From Malacoraja senta (Eukaryota), in contig JAXLNO010000219.1 in assembly GCA_038087875.1 (NCBI GenBank), forward strand, positions 119,111 through 139,110: a stretch of DNA of 20,000 bases, in the 5' to 3' direction. A program made the position numbers and the translations under genes. Below are positions 1 through 11,619 of the stretch, piece after piece (the stretch's first letter is position 1; the number at the start of each line of letters is the position of its first letter). Below the pieces are notes generated by a model. It did not search any database. It saw only the letters and a program-made list of their open reading frames with translations, and was not told the origin of the DNA.

Positions 1-204
1 AACTACGACGCAAGACTTTGGCATTGTTTTGTTTTTAAGTTATATCAAGAAGCAATAAATCTTGACTGATTAAGGTCAGCTGGTAATGCAGAAAGGAACA
101 GATGACTGATTAACACGGCATGATAAATTTACCAAAGACAAAACCTTTCCTTTGGGAATTAGCAGCCTCAGTTTACTTGACAAGGTAAGAAACAAAACAA
201 AGTC

Positions 205-430
205 TGCTAAATCTTTATAAAACACTGTGTGGCATCTGGAGGATAGTAGAAATTCTGACCACTACATCTTTAGGAAGAATATCAAGGTCTTGAAGAGATT
301 GTGGAGAAGATTAACTAAAATAATTTGAAAAATGAACTGCATAGAAAAAAAGTTGAGGTTGACTCCCTCAGTGCAGGAAGCTAAAAAGGGAGATTTGTTA
401 TAGGTGTTCAAAATCAAGACTGTCTGAAGC
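205..430 (+). mobile_element. Highly decayed CR1 LINE ORF2 3' fragment
   Basis: ctttataaaacactg...gcatctggag...tttaggaagaat...gagaagattaact resembles the LYK.LV.PHLEY...RKD...RRFTR region of the CR1 at 10520-10700. Confidence 0.55.
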
Positions 431-554
431 ATGAAGGGCCAAATATCCCGCTTCTGTATTGTATTATTATATAATTCCATCATTCCTTTTATTTTAACCA
501 TGTTACAGAAGATAATGTAACAGCACGCTGTCGAGCCATGATAAAATACCTCGA

Positions 555-853
555 TGATCAACACAAAATGTTGAAATAAATCAGAGGGTCAGGCAGCAGC
601 ACTGGAGAAAATGGATAGGTGACATTTTGGGTCGGGATCCTTCCTCAGACTAAAGAAGGGACCTGACCCGAAACATCACCTATCCATTTTATCCAGAGAT
701 ATTGCCTAACCCCTTAGTTTAGTTTCATTGTATTTAAGTTTACTCTATTGTTACTTGTACCGAGATACAGCGAAAGCTTTTTTTGTTGTGTGCTCTTCTG
801 CATTTTGTGTCAATCTTTGGTATAAACCAACATTTGCATTTCCTTGTTATTAC
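555..853. mobile_element. Fold-back of Penelope-like termini with 14-bp TSD
   Basis: Arm 561-648 is the inverse of 650-714 plus 795-810 (centre about 649); the right arm continues to about 853. Flanks ataaaatacctcga (541-554) and ataaaataccttga (854-867). Confidence 0.85.
715..794 (-). mobile_element. Short LINE 3' tail (Rex1/Babar-like) nested in the fold-back
   Basis: tagtttagttt...tattgttacttgtaccgagatacagcg is the reverse complement of the tail type at 7393-7439 and interrupts the palindrome arm. Confidence 0.65.
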
Positions 854-989
854 ATAAAATACCTTGACCCTGAATAAGGGAAAAGTTACCATTTTGAACG
901 TTTTTAAAATCTTTAAAAAAACTGTAAACAACACCATGAATATTTTACTCGCGGTGCTGATAGGGAAAGTCCTTTTGATGCAGTTTGAA

Positions 990-1366
990 AAATAAAGACA
1001 CTAATTTCTACAGTTTGTTTGCAACATCCTAAACAGCTTTGGAGTCAAATAAGTAATTTATACCACTATTTGTATTGTAGTTGGTAATTTGCACATATCA
1101 TGTTCCTACAGATTTTTGCAATGGTAACACAAGAATAAATATTGGCTAACATACTAGGGATAACACCCCCTCCCCATTCTGCAAGGCGAGTGAGAGTGTT
1201 GACTTCATCTTTCATCTAAAAAACAGCACCTTCAAAGTGCAGCAATCACTCCGTCTGCTCTGGAGTGTCAGCCAAAACATTTCTACTGAATTGTCTGGAG
1301 TGGGACACAAACACACAACTTTCTTACTCCAACGAACGGGTGATCACACTGAGCCACGGCTGACAC
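990..1366 (-). mobile_element. Old tRNA-derived Deu-type SINE (SacSINE1-like)
   Basis: Minus strand starts gtgtcagccgtggctcagtg (A-box-like). The body resembles the copies at 2220-2577 and 5945-6425. Confidence 0.7.
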
Positions 1367-1408
1367 TGAAACAGGCAGCTTATCAGATGCACTTACTTGT
1401 TAATTACT

Positions 1409-1460
1409 GGCCGCAGGGCCTGTTTCCGCACCGTATCTCTAAACTAAACTCAACTAAACA
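1409..1460 (+). mobile_element. HE1-SINE/CR1-type 3' tail stub
   Basis: ggccgcagggcctgtttccgcaccgtatctct followed by a (taaac)n tail. Confidence 0.6.
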
Positions 1461-2037
1461 CCACTCCATGTATTTCTGACGTGAAACATGTTGTCAGCAC
1501 AAGCCTGGCTCACAAGCAGGAATATCTGTTTGAATTTCTGGAGTGACAAGATTCAGCTTGTAAATCATTCCAATCTGCAAATAATTGGTTTTCACTGAAA
1601 AACAAAAAAGTGCCTTGCTTGTCAATTACTAGGCCATCATCTTCCAAGTTATCGATGTTTTCTCCTGGAGGACCAGGCCAGTCCATGCCTACAGCCAGGT
1701 GCAGTGAGAGCAGATGGTAACCTTGAACCGCCATAGTCCCTGCACTCCCATAGTGTAGTTAGGTCTGGTATGGACTGAATGTGTTTGATTGACTGGAATT
1801 TCCCCTGCTTCTGCCAACCGAAAGTGGAACAAAGCAAATGGGAGAAAGCTACTGCCAATAATGTGAGCTGTCGCCAACATTTCTGTAAACAGCGACACTG
1901 TAAACTCAGATCTCACAAGCTGGATTCTTGCACATCTCATCCCATACAACTGCTGCATTGAAGTTTAAAATAAAATAATTGTATCAGAAATGTAGCTCTG
2001 TCTCAATCTTATCAGCAATCATTGCACTAAAATGTCA

Positions 2038-2151
<114 letters not shown>

Positions 2152-2219
2152 CTACAAAAGTAGGGGGAAAAAAGAGACAGATCTAAATACAGTCACATAT
2201 AGTCTGGTGAACTTTTTCA

Positions 2220-2577
2220 GAGCCCGTGGCGTAGTAGCAGCACTCTCTCAGGGACAAGATATTGTGGGTTCAAATCTCACTCCACAGACTTGAGAACAAG
2301 ATCTGGGCTGGTATTCTGGTACAGTACACGGGATATTCTGCAGTGTTAGATACATTAAACTGAGGCCTTGTCTACTCCCTCAGGTAGACATAAAAGATCT
2401 TGCGTCAATATTTTGAGAATAAAAGATATAGTAGTTTCCTGTGTCCTGGCCAATATCAATTATTAATCAATATTGATCAAAACCTCACTATCTGCACTTC
2501 CAAAGCAACAACATTTGCTCTAAAAAGAGCTTTGAGATATCCAGAGAAGCTTTATGGAAATGGAAATCAGTCTCTCT
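2220..2577 (+). mobile_element. Old tRNA-derived Deu-type SINE (SacSINE1-like)
   Basis: Head ccgtggcgtagtagcagcactct...gtgggttcaaatctcactcca (B-box ggttcaaatc); body aaactgaggcc...taaaagatc...gtgtcctggccaatat. Confidence 0.7.
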
Positions 2578-2854
2578 AATTTTTGTGCCTAATTTGTCTC
2601 TAGGTCAGCAATACAAAAGCCTTGAGAATTTAGATGTTATTAAATAATATAAGAATGTGCTGTTGACACTTTAATCCTTCCATGTTTTGGTGCTAGTTTC
2701 TGGTTTATTTGTGATACCATTCATTTTTTGCATGTAGTTTTAGTTTAGGAGCTGTACTCTTGGCCTTCCAGATCTACACGTTCAATACTTTAGTCTCCAA
2801 CCGCACAAAGTTAAAGTTCACTTAATGCTGCGAACAGTAATGCGGGTGGGGTGG

Positions 2855-4224
2855 TAGATACATAGATACATAGAAAATAGGTGCAGGAGTAGGCCATTCG
2901 GCCCTTCGAGCCTGCACCGCCATTCAATATGATCATGGCTGATCATCCAACTCAGTATCCCGTACCTGCCTTCTCTCCATACCCCCTGATCCCTTTAGCC
3001 ACAAGGGCCACATCTAACTCCCTCTTAAATATAGCCAATGAACTGGCCTCAACTACCCTCTGTGGCAGAGAGTTCCAGAGATTCACCACTCTCTGTGTGA
3101 AAACGTTTTTTCTCATCTCGGTCTTAAAGGATTTCCCCCTTATCCTTAAGCTGTGACCCCTTGTCCTGGACTTCCCCAACATCGGGAACAATCTTCCTGC
3201 ATCTAGCCTGTCCAACCCCATAAGAATGTTGTACGTTTCTATAAGATCCCCTCTCAATCTCCTAAATTCTAGCGAGTATAAGCCAAGTCTATCCAGTCTA
3301 TCTTCATATGAAAGTCCTGACATCCCAGGAATCAGTCTGGTGAACCTTCTCTGCACTCCCTCTATGGCTATAATGTCCTTCCTCAGATTTGGAGACCAAA
3401 ACTGTACGCAATACTCCAGGTGTGGTCTCACCAAGACCCTGTACAACTGCAGTAGAACCTCCCTGCTCCTATACTCAAATCCTTTTGCTATGAAAGCTAA
3501 CATACCATTCGCTTTCTTCACTGCCTGCTGCACCTGCATGCCTACTTTCAATGACTGGTGTACCATGACACCCAGGTCTCGCTGCATCTCCCCTTTTCCT
3601 AATTGGCCACCATTTAGATAATAGTCTGCATTCCTGTTTTTGCCACCAAAGTGGATAACCTCACATTTATCCACATTATACTGCATCTGCCAAACATTTG
3701 CCCACTCACCCAGCCTATCCAAGTCACCTTGCTGTCTCCTAGCATCCTCCTCACAGCTAACACTGCCCCCCCAGCTTAGTGTCATCCGCAAACTTGGAGA
3801 TGTTGCCTTCAATTCCCTCATCCAGGTCATTAATATAAATTGTAAATAGCTGGGGTCCCAGCACTGAGCCTTGCGGTACCCCACTAGTCACTGCCTGCCA
3901 ATGTGAAAAGGACCCGTTTACTCCTACTCTTTGCTTCCTGTTTGCCAGCCAGTTCTCTATCCACATCAATACTGAACCCCCAATACCGTGTGCTTTAAGT
4001 TTGTATACTAATCTCTTATGTGGGACCTTGTCGAAAGCCTTCTGAAAGTCCAGATACAACACATCCACTGGTTCTCCCCTATCCACTCTACTAGTTACAT
4101 CCTCGAAAAATTCTATAAGATTCGTCAGACATGATTTACCTTTCGTAAATCCATGCTGACTTTGTCCAATGATTTCACCACTTTCCAAATATGCTGCTAT
4201 CCCATCTTTAATAACTGACTCTAG
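2855..4224 (-). mobile_element. Young 5'-truncated CR1 (HER1-like) LINE with RT domain and 3' UTR
   Basis: ORFs 3757-4188 and 2952-3884 give [34 protein letters not shown] and RPHLEYCVQFWSP. There is a (ctatgtat)n 3' tail, a possible tagat TSD, and one frameshift at the C7 run 3766-3772. Confidence 0.95.
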
Positions 4225-4708
4225 ATGGTCGGACAGGGGCCAATGATGGTAGTTTATTCATTACTAATGCTGAACAGTTGCAAAGATACCAACTGCCGGT
4301 TGTAATTCCCTCCGCACAGATAGTTCCATTGCATGTGCAGAGTTGTGTTCAACCAGAGGCTGATTCTCTCAGAGGTAACATCAAAAACTAGTTTATCCAT
4401 ATTATATTTTTCAGAGTTTTGCATGTAAAAGGATCAGTGCTGCTGGGATTGTTTCCTGCCTGTGACGGAGACTGACAAACGAGGGTTGATGTTTAAAGAT
4501 TTTGCCCAGCTTTTCTTTTGTTGTCACATATCCTCCCTACAGCCCCCCACCCAACTCCCACCCCAAGGTGGCGACCTACAGAGGTCACATTTATGGTGCT
4601 GTAGGTGCCATCTGATAATACCCTCAGATGATCCTTCCATGTGAATGAAGCTGAAGATGTGTTAGTGTAATTTACAGTCACGGGTGAAAACAAGAAAGAC
4701 TTGCACTT

Positions 4709-5944
4709 GAAGACACAAAGTGCTGGAGTGACTCAGCAGGTCAGGCAACCTCTCAGGTGAACATGGATAGGTGACGTTTTGGGTCGGGACCTTTCCTCAG
4801 ATTGATTGTAAGGGGTGGAGGAAAGAAAACAGTGAGAGAGGACGGGTAGGGCAAAGCCTGCCAGGTAATAGATGAACACAGGTGAGGGGGTTATTTGATA
4901 GGAAGATGGTCGGACAGGGGCCAATGATGAAAAGACAGAAGTTGTGAGACAAAAGGATTGACGAGTTGAGAATTCTGAAGCTAGAGGAAGGGATGTGGGT
5001 GAAAGGGGAGGGGGAAGAGGAGAAATGGGTGCGAGTCCAGGTGGGGCACAGGGGAGGGGGGAAGAAAGGCAGGAAGGTAAAGGGTTATATATTGGGAAGA
5101 AGGAAGAGAGGATGGGTTATGTAGTTATCTAAAATTGGAGAATTCAATGTTCATACTGTTGGGTTGCAAGCTACACAAGTGGAATATGAGGTGCTGTTCC
5201 TCCAGTTTGTTTGTGGCCGCACTCTGGCCCAGGACAGGAAGGTCAGTATGGAAATGGGAAGAGGTGTTAAAATAGACAGAAACTGGGAGAACCAGCAGGG
5301 GAGGAGAAGTGAAAGCAGAACTGTGGGACACAAAGGAGACACAGGTGAGGGATCCATCTCTGACAGCAGGGGGTAAAACACATTTACTAAAGAACGAGGA
5401 CATCTCAGATGCACTAGCTTTCTCTTTGGAGACGGAGAATTGAGAGTGGGAGATAGCACCTTTGCCAGAGGTAGGATGGGAGGATGTATAATCCACATAA
5501 CTGTGGAAGTTATTAGGTTTGTAGAAGACAGCAGTTGATAGACTGTCCCTATGATGGAGACAGAGAGATGAGGAAAGGGGAGGGAGGTGTCAGAAAAAAT
5601 CCAAGTGAATTTGAGGGCAGGATGGAAGTTAGTGGTAAAGTGAATGAAATCAATGAGTTCTGCATGGGTGCAGGAGGCAGCTCCGATGCAGTTATTGAAG
5701 TAGCAGGGAAAAAGTTGGGGGATGGTGCCAGTGTATGTTTGGAACAAGGGCTGATCGATGTAACCTTCAAAAGGCAGGCATATCTGCAGCCCATGCAAGT
5801 ACCAGTCTCAGATGTAGGTCAGAAGGGACTGGGCAAGGAGAGTTAGGATGGAATCAAGGTATTTGGAGATGAGTTCAGAGAGGCAAGAGCAGACAGAAAC
5901 AATGGGCATGCCTGGGCAGTCCTGTTTGTGAACATTATTTCTAT
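4709..5944 (-). mobile_element. Decayed, internally deleted Penelope-like element (RT and C-terminal remnants plus terminal repeat)
   Basis: ORF fragments ACLL.GYIDQ.LFQ, FTTNFHPALKFTW, MDYTSSHP and KLEEQHLIF...MNIEFSNFR. The terminus is shared with 561-648. TSD aaagacttgcactt at 4695-4708 and 5945-5958. Confidence 0.9.
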
Positions 5945-6425
5945 AAAGACTTGCACTTACATAATACCTTTCAGGTCATCAATGAATGCATTCTGAAGTA
6001 ATATTACTTTTGTAATGGAGGAAACACAGGAGTCAATTTGTGTACATCAAGCTCCATAAACAAAAAAAAAACAAAGTGCTGGAGTAACTCAATGTGTCAG
6101 CCAGCACCTTTGGAGGACATGGATGGGTGACATTAAACAATAGTGCAATAACAACCAGATAAGCTGTGATAATGTTGATTGGAAAATCACTGTTAGCCAG
6201 GATACCAAGCATAACTTCCCTGCTCTTACTTGAAATAGATGTCTTAAGATCTTCAATGTCCACTTCCATAGCTCAGTTTAATACTTTACCTAGAACTCAG
6301 CATGTTTGAAAGTACAGCGCTCCATTAATACTGCACAGAATCATGAAATTAGATTTCTCAAGCTTCATTCTCTGGAATGGGTCAAATGTTTGACTTGAGG
6401 AGAATGTGTTGGTCTCTACTGACAC
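5945..6425 (-). mobile_element. Old Deu-type SINE (SacSINE1-like), interrupted
   Basis: aaagacttgcactt tail, ttagccaggatacc...ttccctgctctt...gatcttcaatgtccac, and tctctggaatggg near the head. Confidence 0.7.
6064..6133 (-). mobile_element. Penelope terminus stub inserted in the SINE
   Basis: acaaagtgctggagtaactc...ggatgggtgacat, flanked by taaacaa at 6057-6063 and 6134-6140. Confidence 0.75.
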
Positions 6426-6969
6426 ATCGAAACATAGCTTTAAAATAATTATCTGTATCTTAAAGCTTTCTTTCGCAGGGAACTCTTTTGTACTTTATTG
6501 ATATATAATCTGCTTTTAGTTCCAATAATTAAAAGAAACTGAATGCTTTGCTACTTTATGTCCATTGTCACCATTAATCCCCACCTTTATCAGCAAATGA
6601 ATCACATGTATTTAAATCATTGCATTCACATGAAACCCCCTGCAGTTCCCAGAGGATGGCTGGCTGTGCTGGCGAGAAGACCATCACATCCTTTGATTAA
6701 AGGATGGCTGGATTCCCTACTGAGACAGGCACAATTTCTGAGAATATTTCAAATATGAATTATTACTGGAGATGCATGCATTCAAGGTTTTATTCCAATT
6801 TAAAAAAAATCAAGCTTGTGCCAGCTTTCATGTTCCATTGGAGCCTCGTTCAAAGCATGAACATGGTCCAACTCGATGCTGGCACACCTTAGCTTGGCAG
6901 AAAGGTAGGTTTTGCACATAAGTTTAAAGTCAAATATCAAGGAAGATAAAAGACCATTTCCTCTTCCTA

Positions 6970-7128
<159 letters not shown>

Positions 7129-7392
7129 TTACTCACATGTAACAAGCACACTCCGGTCAAATCTACTTCATCATGTTTTAGTCACATGCAAATACTCAGA
7201 TCATGGAATAGCTAATTGCAGCTGGTTTCTAGAATGGATCAGGTCATATCTAACCTAAAACAACCTCCTCTTCCTTCCCTCCAGTGAAATCTCCGCAACT
7301 GCACTAATGCCTGTGGGCAGAACCCGGCTGGTGATCCAGTGTCTTGGCCCTGGGCCATCCACATGACCTCACACCATCGCTGCTGTTAGGTT

Positions 7393-7439
7393 TGCACTGT
7401 GCCTCGGTACACATGACAATAACAAATTAAACTAAACTA
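7393..7439 (+). mobile_element. Rex1/Babar-like LINE 3' tail stub
   Basis: cactgtgcctcggtacacatgacaataa followed by (aaact)n. Confidence 0.6.
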
Positions 7440-7644
7440 TTCTGAGGCATTTCAATGCAGCTGAAATTGATTTAAATAATTCAAATTAAAATAACTAAAA
7501 ATCTAAAGTGTATATAAATAAATATAAACTAAAAAAGACAAATAAAACTATAACCTGATATAATATTTTTAATAAAGAACAACGACCCCATTGAAATGAA
7601 GAACTGGTATAAAGTTAAAGTGCAGATTTAAAACATTGTCTTGG

Positions 7645-8237
7645 CTCTGTCATGTGTCCCAGATAGGACAATGAAATTCTTGCTTGCTGCAGCACAACAG
7701 GATATTGTAAGCATACATACAGAACAGTTCAGTGTGTCTATATAGCATAGACCATATATATACATATAAATAAACAGATAAAGTGCAATAGGCTGTTATA
7801 GTTCAGAGTTTGTTGATGGCGAGTTTAATAGCCTGATGGCTGTGGGGAACAAGCTGTTCCTGAGCCTGGATGAACCAGATTTCAGGCTCCTGTACGTTCT
7901 ACCTGATGGCAGCGGAGAGATGAGTGTGTGGCCAGGATGGTGTGGGTCCTTGATGATGTTGGCAGCCTTTTTGAGGCAGCGACTGCGATAGATACCTTCA
8001 ATGGTGGGGAGGTCAGAGCCGATGATAGACTGGGCAGTGGTCACAACTTTCTGCATTCTTTTCCGCTCCTGAATGCTCAAGTTGCCGAACCAAGCCACGA
8101 TGCAACCAGTCAGCATGCTCTCTACTGTGCACCTGTAGAAGTCCGAGAGAGTCCTCTTCGACATACCGACTCTCCGTAATCTTCTCAGGAAGTAGAGGCG
8201 CTGATGTGCTTTCTTTATAATAGCATCAGTGTTCTGG
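7645..8237 (-). mobile_element. Rex1/Babar-clade LINE 3' fragment
   Basis: ORF 7796-8164 FYRCTVESMLTGCIVAWFGN...KDPHHPGH.L...LPSGR.YRS...RLRNSLFP.AIRLLN, preceded in frame by KKAHQRLYFLRRL. This is the typical Rex/Babar ORF2 C-terminus, followed by a 3' UTR. Confidence 0.9.
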
Positions 8238-8600
8238 CTTCAATGGTGAGTCCAATGCTGGACCAGTGGATCTGCTGCGCCAACAACTGTCCATGACTTG
8301 GACAAGGAGATGCTGAACATCAGGAGATGGAGGGGTGGCAGTTCTCTAATGAAGACCCTGAGGCTGTTCCCTGCAGAACTACCACCCACATTGCAGTCTG
8401 ATCCAACCCAGTACTTCCATCTGTTTCATAGATTTGATAATTATCTCGCACATTGGCATATGGAGCTAATGGGCAAACATCTGTGAATTCTCTAAATTTC
8501 TCATAATAGAACAAAGAACGGCTTTTCTGCTTCTCCCAATATTAATGTCTCACTTGCTAATGCTCATCATCCTTTGACGTGGTAGAACAGAGCAAGCATA

Positions 8601-8980
8601 CATAGGAACAAAAAAATAACAGGAACATGATTAGGCCAGTTGAATACTCAAGCCAGCCCCACCATATGATACCCCTTCAACAGGCACTCTCCCTATGCCC
8701 TTCAATCAACTTGTAGTTCAAATGTCTTGCAATCTCTGTCTTGAACATATTCAGTGTCTGTCTCCACAGCTGTCCAAGGCAGAAATTCCAAAGAACTCTA
8801 ACCCGCCGAGGGAAAACATTCCTCAACATGACCAAGTTAAATGACAGATGCCTTACTCAGAATCAATGCTCCCTACCACAGATGGAATCAATCTCTCTGC
8901 ATCCATCCGTTCAACCCCTCTCAGAATATCTCTCATTCTCCTAGTGTAAGCCTAACCTTCTCAACCGCTCTTCATACATC
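8601..8980 (-). mobile_element. Old CR1 3' fragment
   Basis: Colinear, decayed similarity to 2870-3310 (taggcca...agcc.gc.cc.cca, ggcagaaattccaaaga, tcaacccctc). Confidence 0.65.
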
Positions 8981-9164
8981 ACTGTAGATTCATTGTTCTC
9001 ATCCTGGGAAGCACTGGGGAGTGAGGTCAGAGGGAAGGAGGAAGGTAAAGGATGAGAATTTTGCCTAGACTCCTTGCTTTTTACTTTTTTGTTTAATTGG
9101 GTAAAATATAATTAAAAATCAGGTGCTACTTTTAAAACTATTACAATTCCAAAAAGTCAGACTG

Positions 9165-9272
9165 TGATAATGGAAGATATTTGACTTGAAATATCAGCTC
9201 TGATTCTCTCTCCATAGATGCTGTGTGATCTGCTGAGAATTTCCAGCATTTTCAGTTTTTACTTCAGATTCA
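9165..9272 (+). mobile_element. Decayed Penelope terminus
   Basis: ctctccatagatgctg...ctgctgag..tttccagcatttt matches 16510-16553. Confidence 0.65.
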
Positions 9273-9627
9273 CATCATTTCCATTCCCCATTTCCAGCCT
9301 ACCCTTCCCTACCTCGCCAACACTCCCCGTTTAATTTCAGTGTTAGCCACTTTATAACATTCCATGTGGCATGGAACTTTATTATTTCATTTGTTGCACT
9401 TGCCTACAGTCATCACAACTACTGTTGCAGCTGGGAATGATAAATTCACTTTGAATAGTTCGCTGTCACAAGTGATCCCAGTCAATTCAATGTGATACCA
9501 AATAATAAAGCATCTTTTCATTATTTAATTAACATTTATTATTGAATGAAGTATTGGATAATACAAGAAATCCAAAGTTTGTAATGAATAAGTATAATTC
9601 ATTTCAGTGTTGTCAGCAGGCTGGTTT

Positions 9628-11144
9628 AGCCCTGTTCTTTGTATATTAATGATTTGGATGAGGGGATTGAAGGCTTTGTGGCCAAGTTTGTGGATGATAC
9701 AAAAATAGGTGGAGGGGCAGGTAGTGTAGAGAAAGCAGGGACTGTGCAGAAGGATTTGGATAGGTTCAGAGAGTGGGCAGAGAAGTGGCAGATGGAAGAT
9801 AGTGCGGCAAAGTGTGGAGTCATGCATTTTGGTAGTAGGAATAAAGGCGTTGATTATATATTAAATGGGGAGAGATCCGGAGGTGCAAAGGGAAGTGGGC
9901 GTGCTGGTGCAGGATTCCCAGAAAGTTAATCTGCCAGTCAAATCGGTAGTAAAGAAAGCAAATACAAATGCAAAAACTAATACTTAAATTTTGGAAACAT
10001 ACATTAGTCCCTACTCGTAAGATGTGGATTATAAACATGTCCGAGACACTACATCTCGAAAATATTAGACTTGTCTTGGCAGAAAAAACAGATCATTTTT
10101 CCAAGATGGACACCATTCATTGATTTCTTACAAGGATAGGATGGCGCAACACAACTTTGGATTTAAATCTAATTATGGGTTGGGTGAGGTGGGTGAGGAG
10201 GGATGAGAGGCAGGTATATCACCACTTTTCTTTCTCTTTTTCTTTTTGTCCTTTTATTTTTTTCTATTCCTCTCTTCTTTCTTTCTTTTATTCACTCTTT
10301 GGCTACACTACTTTGGTAGTCTAGGGGTCCTATCTTTGCACATCTCACTTTTCCTCTTTCTTGCTTTTTCTCTTTTCTTTTCTTCTAATTCAAAGCTAAA
10401 AAGTTAAAATTGAAGCTCTACAATAACTGTATAATTTTATATGCCGTTGGTTCTACTCTTGTACATTTGCTTCTAATAAATAAAAATTAAAACATTTTAA
10501 AAAAAGAAAGCAAATGCAATGCTAGCATTTATTTCAAGTGGGCTTGTATACATGAACAGGGATGTAATGCTGAGGCTCTATAAGCCGCTAGTCGGGCCGC
10601 ATTTGGAATATTGTGAGCGGTTTTGGGCAACAGATCTGAGGAAGAATGTGCTGGATCTGGAGAGGGTCCAGAGGAGGTTTACAAGAATGATCCCAGGAAC
10701 GAGTAGGTTAACATATGATGAGCATTTGAGGCACTGGCCCTGTACTCACTAAAATTTAGAAGAATGAGTGGGAAAGTACAGAATAGTGAAAGGCTTGGAT
10801 AGAGTGGATGTGGAGAGGATGTTTCCACTAGTGGGAGAGTCTAAGACAGGAGGTCATACCATCAGAATTAAAATATATTCTTTTAGGAAGGAGTTGAGGA
10901 GGAATTTCTTTAGTCAGCGGGTGGTGAATCTGGAATTCTTTGTCACAGAAGGCTGTGGAGGCCAAGTCAGTGAATATATTTAAGGAAGAGATAGATGGAT
11001 TTTTGATTAATATAGGTGTCAGAGGTTATGGGGAGAAGGCAGGAGAATGAGGTTAGGAGGGAGAGATAGATCAGCCACGATTGAATGGTGAAGTGGACTT
11101 GATGGGCCAAATGGCCTAATTCTGCTCCTATCACTTATGATCTT
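9628..11144 (+). mobile_element. CR1 LINE 3' fragment split by an L1/Tx1 insertion
   Basis: Peptides [24 protein letters not shown] (9639-), LYKPLVGPHLEYC (10519-) and RNFFSQRVVNL (10768-). 3' end gggccaaatggcctaattctgctcctatcacttatga. Confidence 0.9.
9974..10502 (+). mobile_element. 5'-truncated L1/Tx1-type LINE nested in CR1
   Basis: Begins KLILKFWKHTLVPTRKMWI..MSETLHLENIR, homologous to ORF 15371-15985. T-rich 3' UTR, AATAAA at 10475-10480, A-rich tail, TSD aaagaaagcaaat at 9951-9963 and 10503-10515. Confidence 0.85.
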
Positions 11145-11619
11145 CTTTGAATGATTATACAACCCCCAGGCTGTGCGTCTACAACTCCCACCGTTTCTGT
11201 CAATATTGGCCACATAGGAAAGCAGCGGGTATTACTGCCACTAAAGATAATCGGCAGTTAGCCATCTATCAGTCCACGGTACCCTCGCTTACTTAACTTG
11301 ACAATCAGCAGATAGACGCTTCATCATAATTATATATCATCAGATACTTAAAGTGCTGGAACACCCACACCAACTAATTGCCATTTTTAGCCCCAGCAAA
11401 GATAAAGAGCTTGTGAAAAAGAGGAAAATAAATCCATCAGACATGAAATAGAGCGAATCGGACAAATAGCATAAAATCAACAGAAATGAGGTACTGCAAG
11501 ATTGGTTTGAGCCAGTGTACAGAGGCATTTTGGCATGCTGGTACCCATGGCACCATGTGTCAGCCTTCACTTGCAGCAAATGGATAGGTAAATGCCCCTT
11601 ACATTCTTGCAAAGAGGAT

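Noticed and set aside
1510..1961. Overlapping ORFs just downstream of the 90-nt exon, including a VVWDE string resembling the next copine exon (CIVWDWD)
   Set aside because: That frame stops after a few codons and lacks the WDWD...HDFIG motif. The other ORFs resemble nothing I recognise.
3226..3849. Plus-strand ORFs of 131 and 69 aa
   Set aside because: Antisense shadow of the CR1 RT frame.
7796..8164. ORF that might be auto-annotated as an ALKBH8 N-terminal/DUF1891 gene
   Set aside because: It is the C-terminus of a Rex1/Babar LINE ORF2 followed by its 3' tail.
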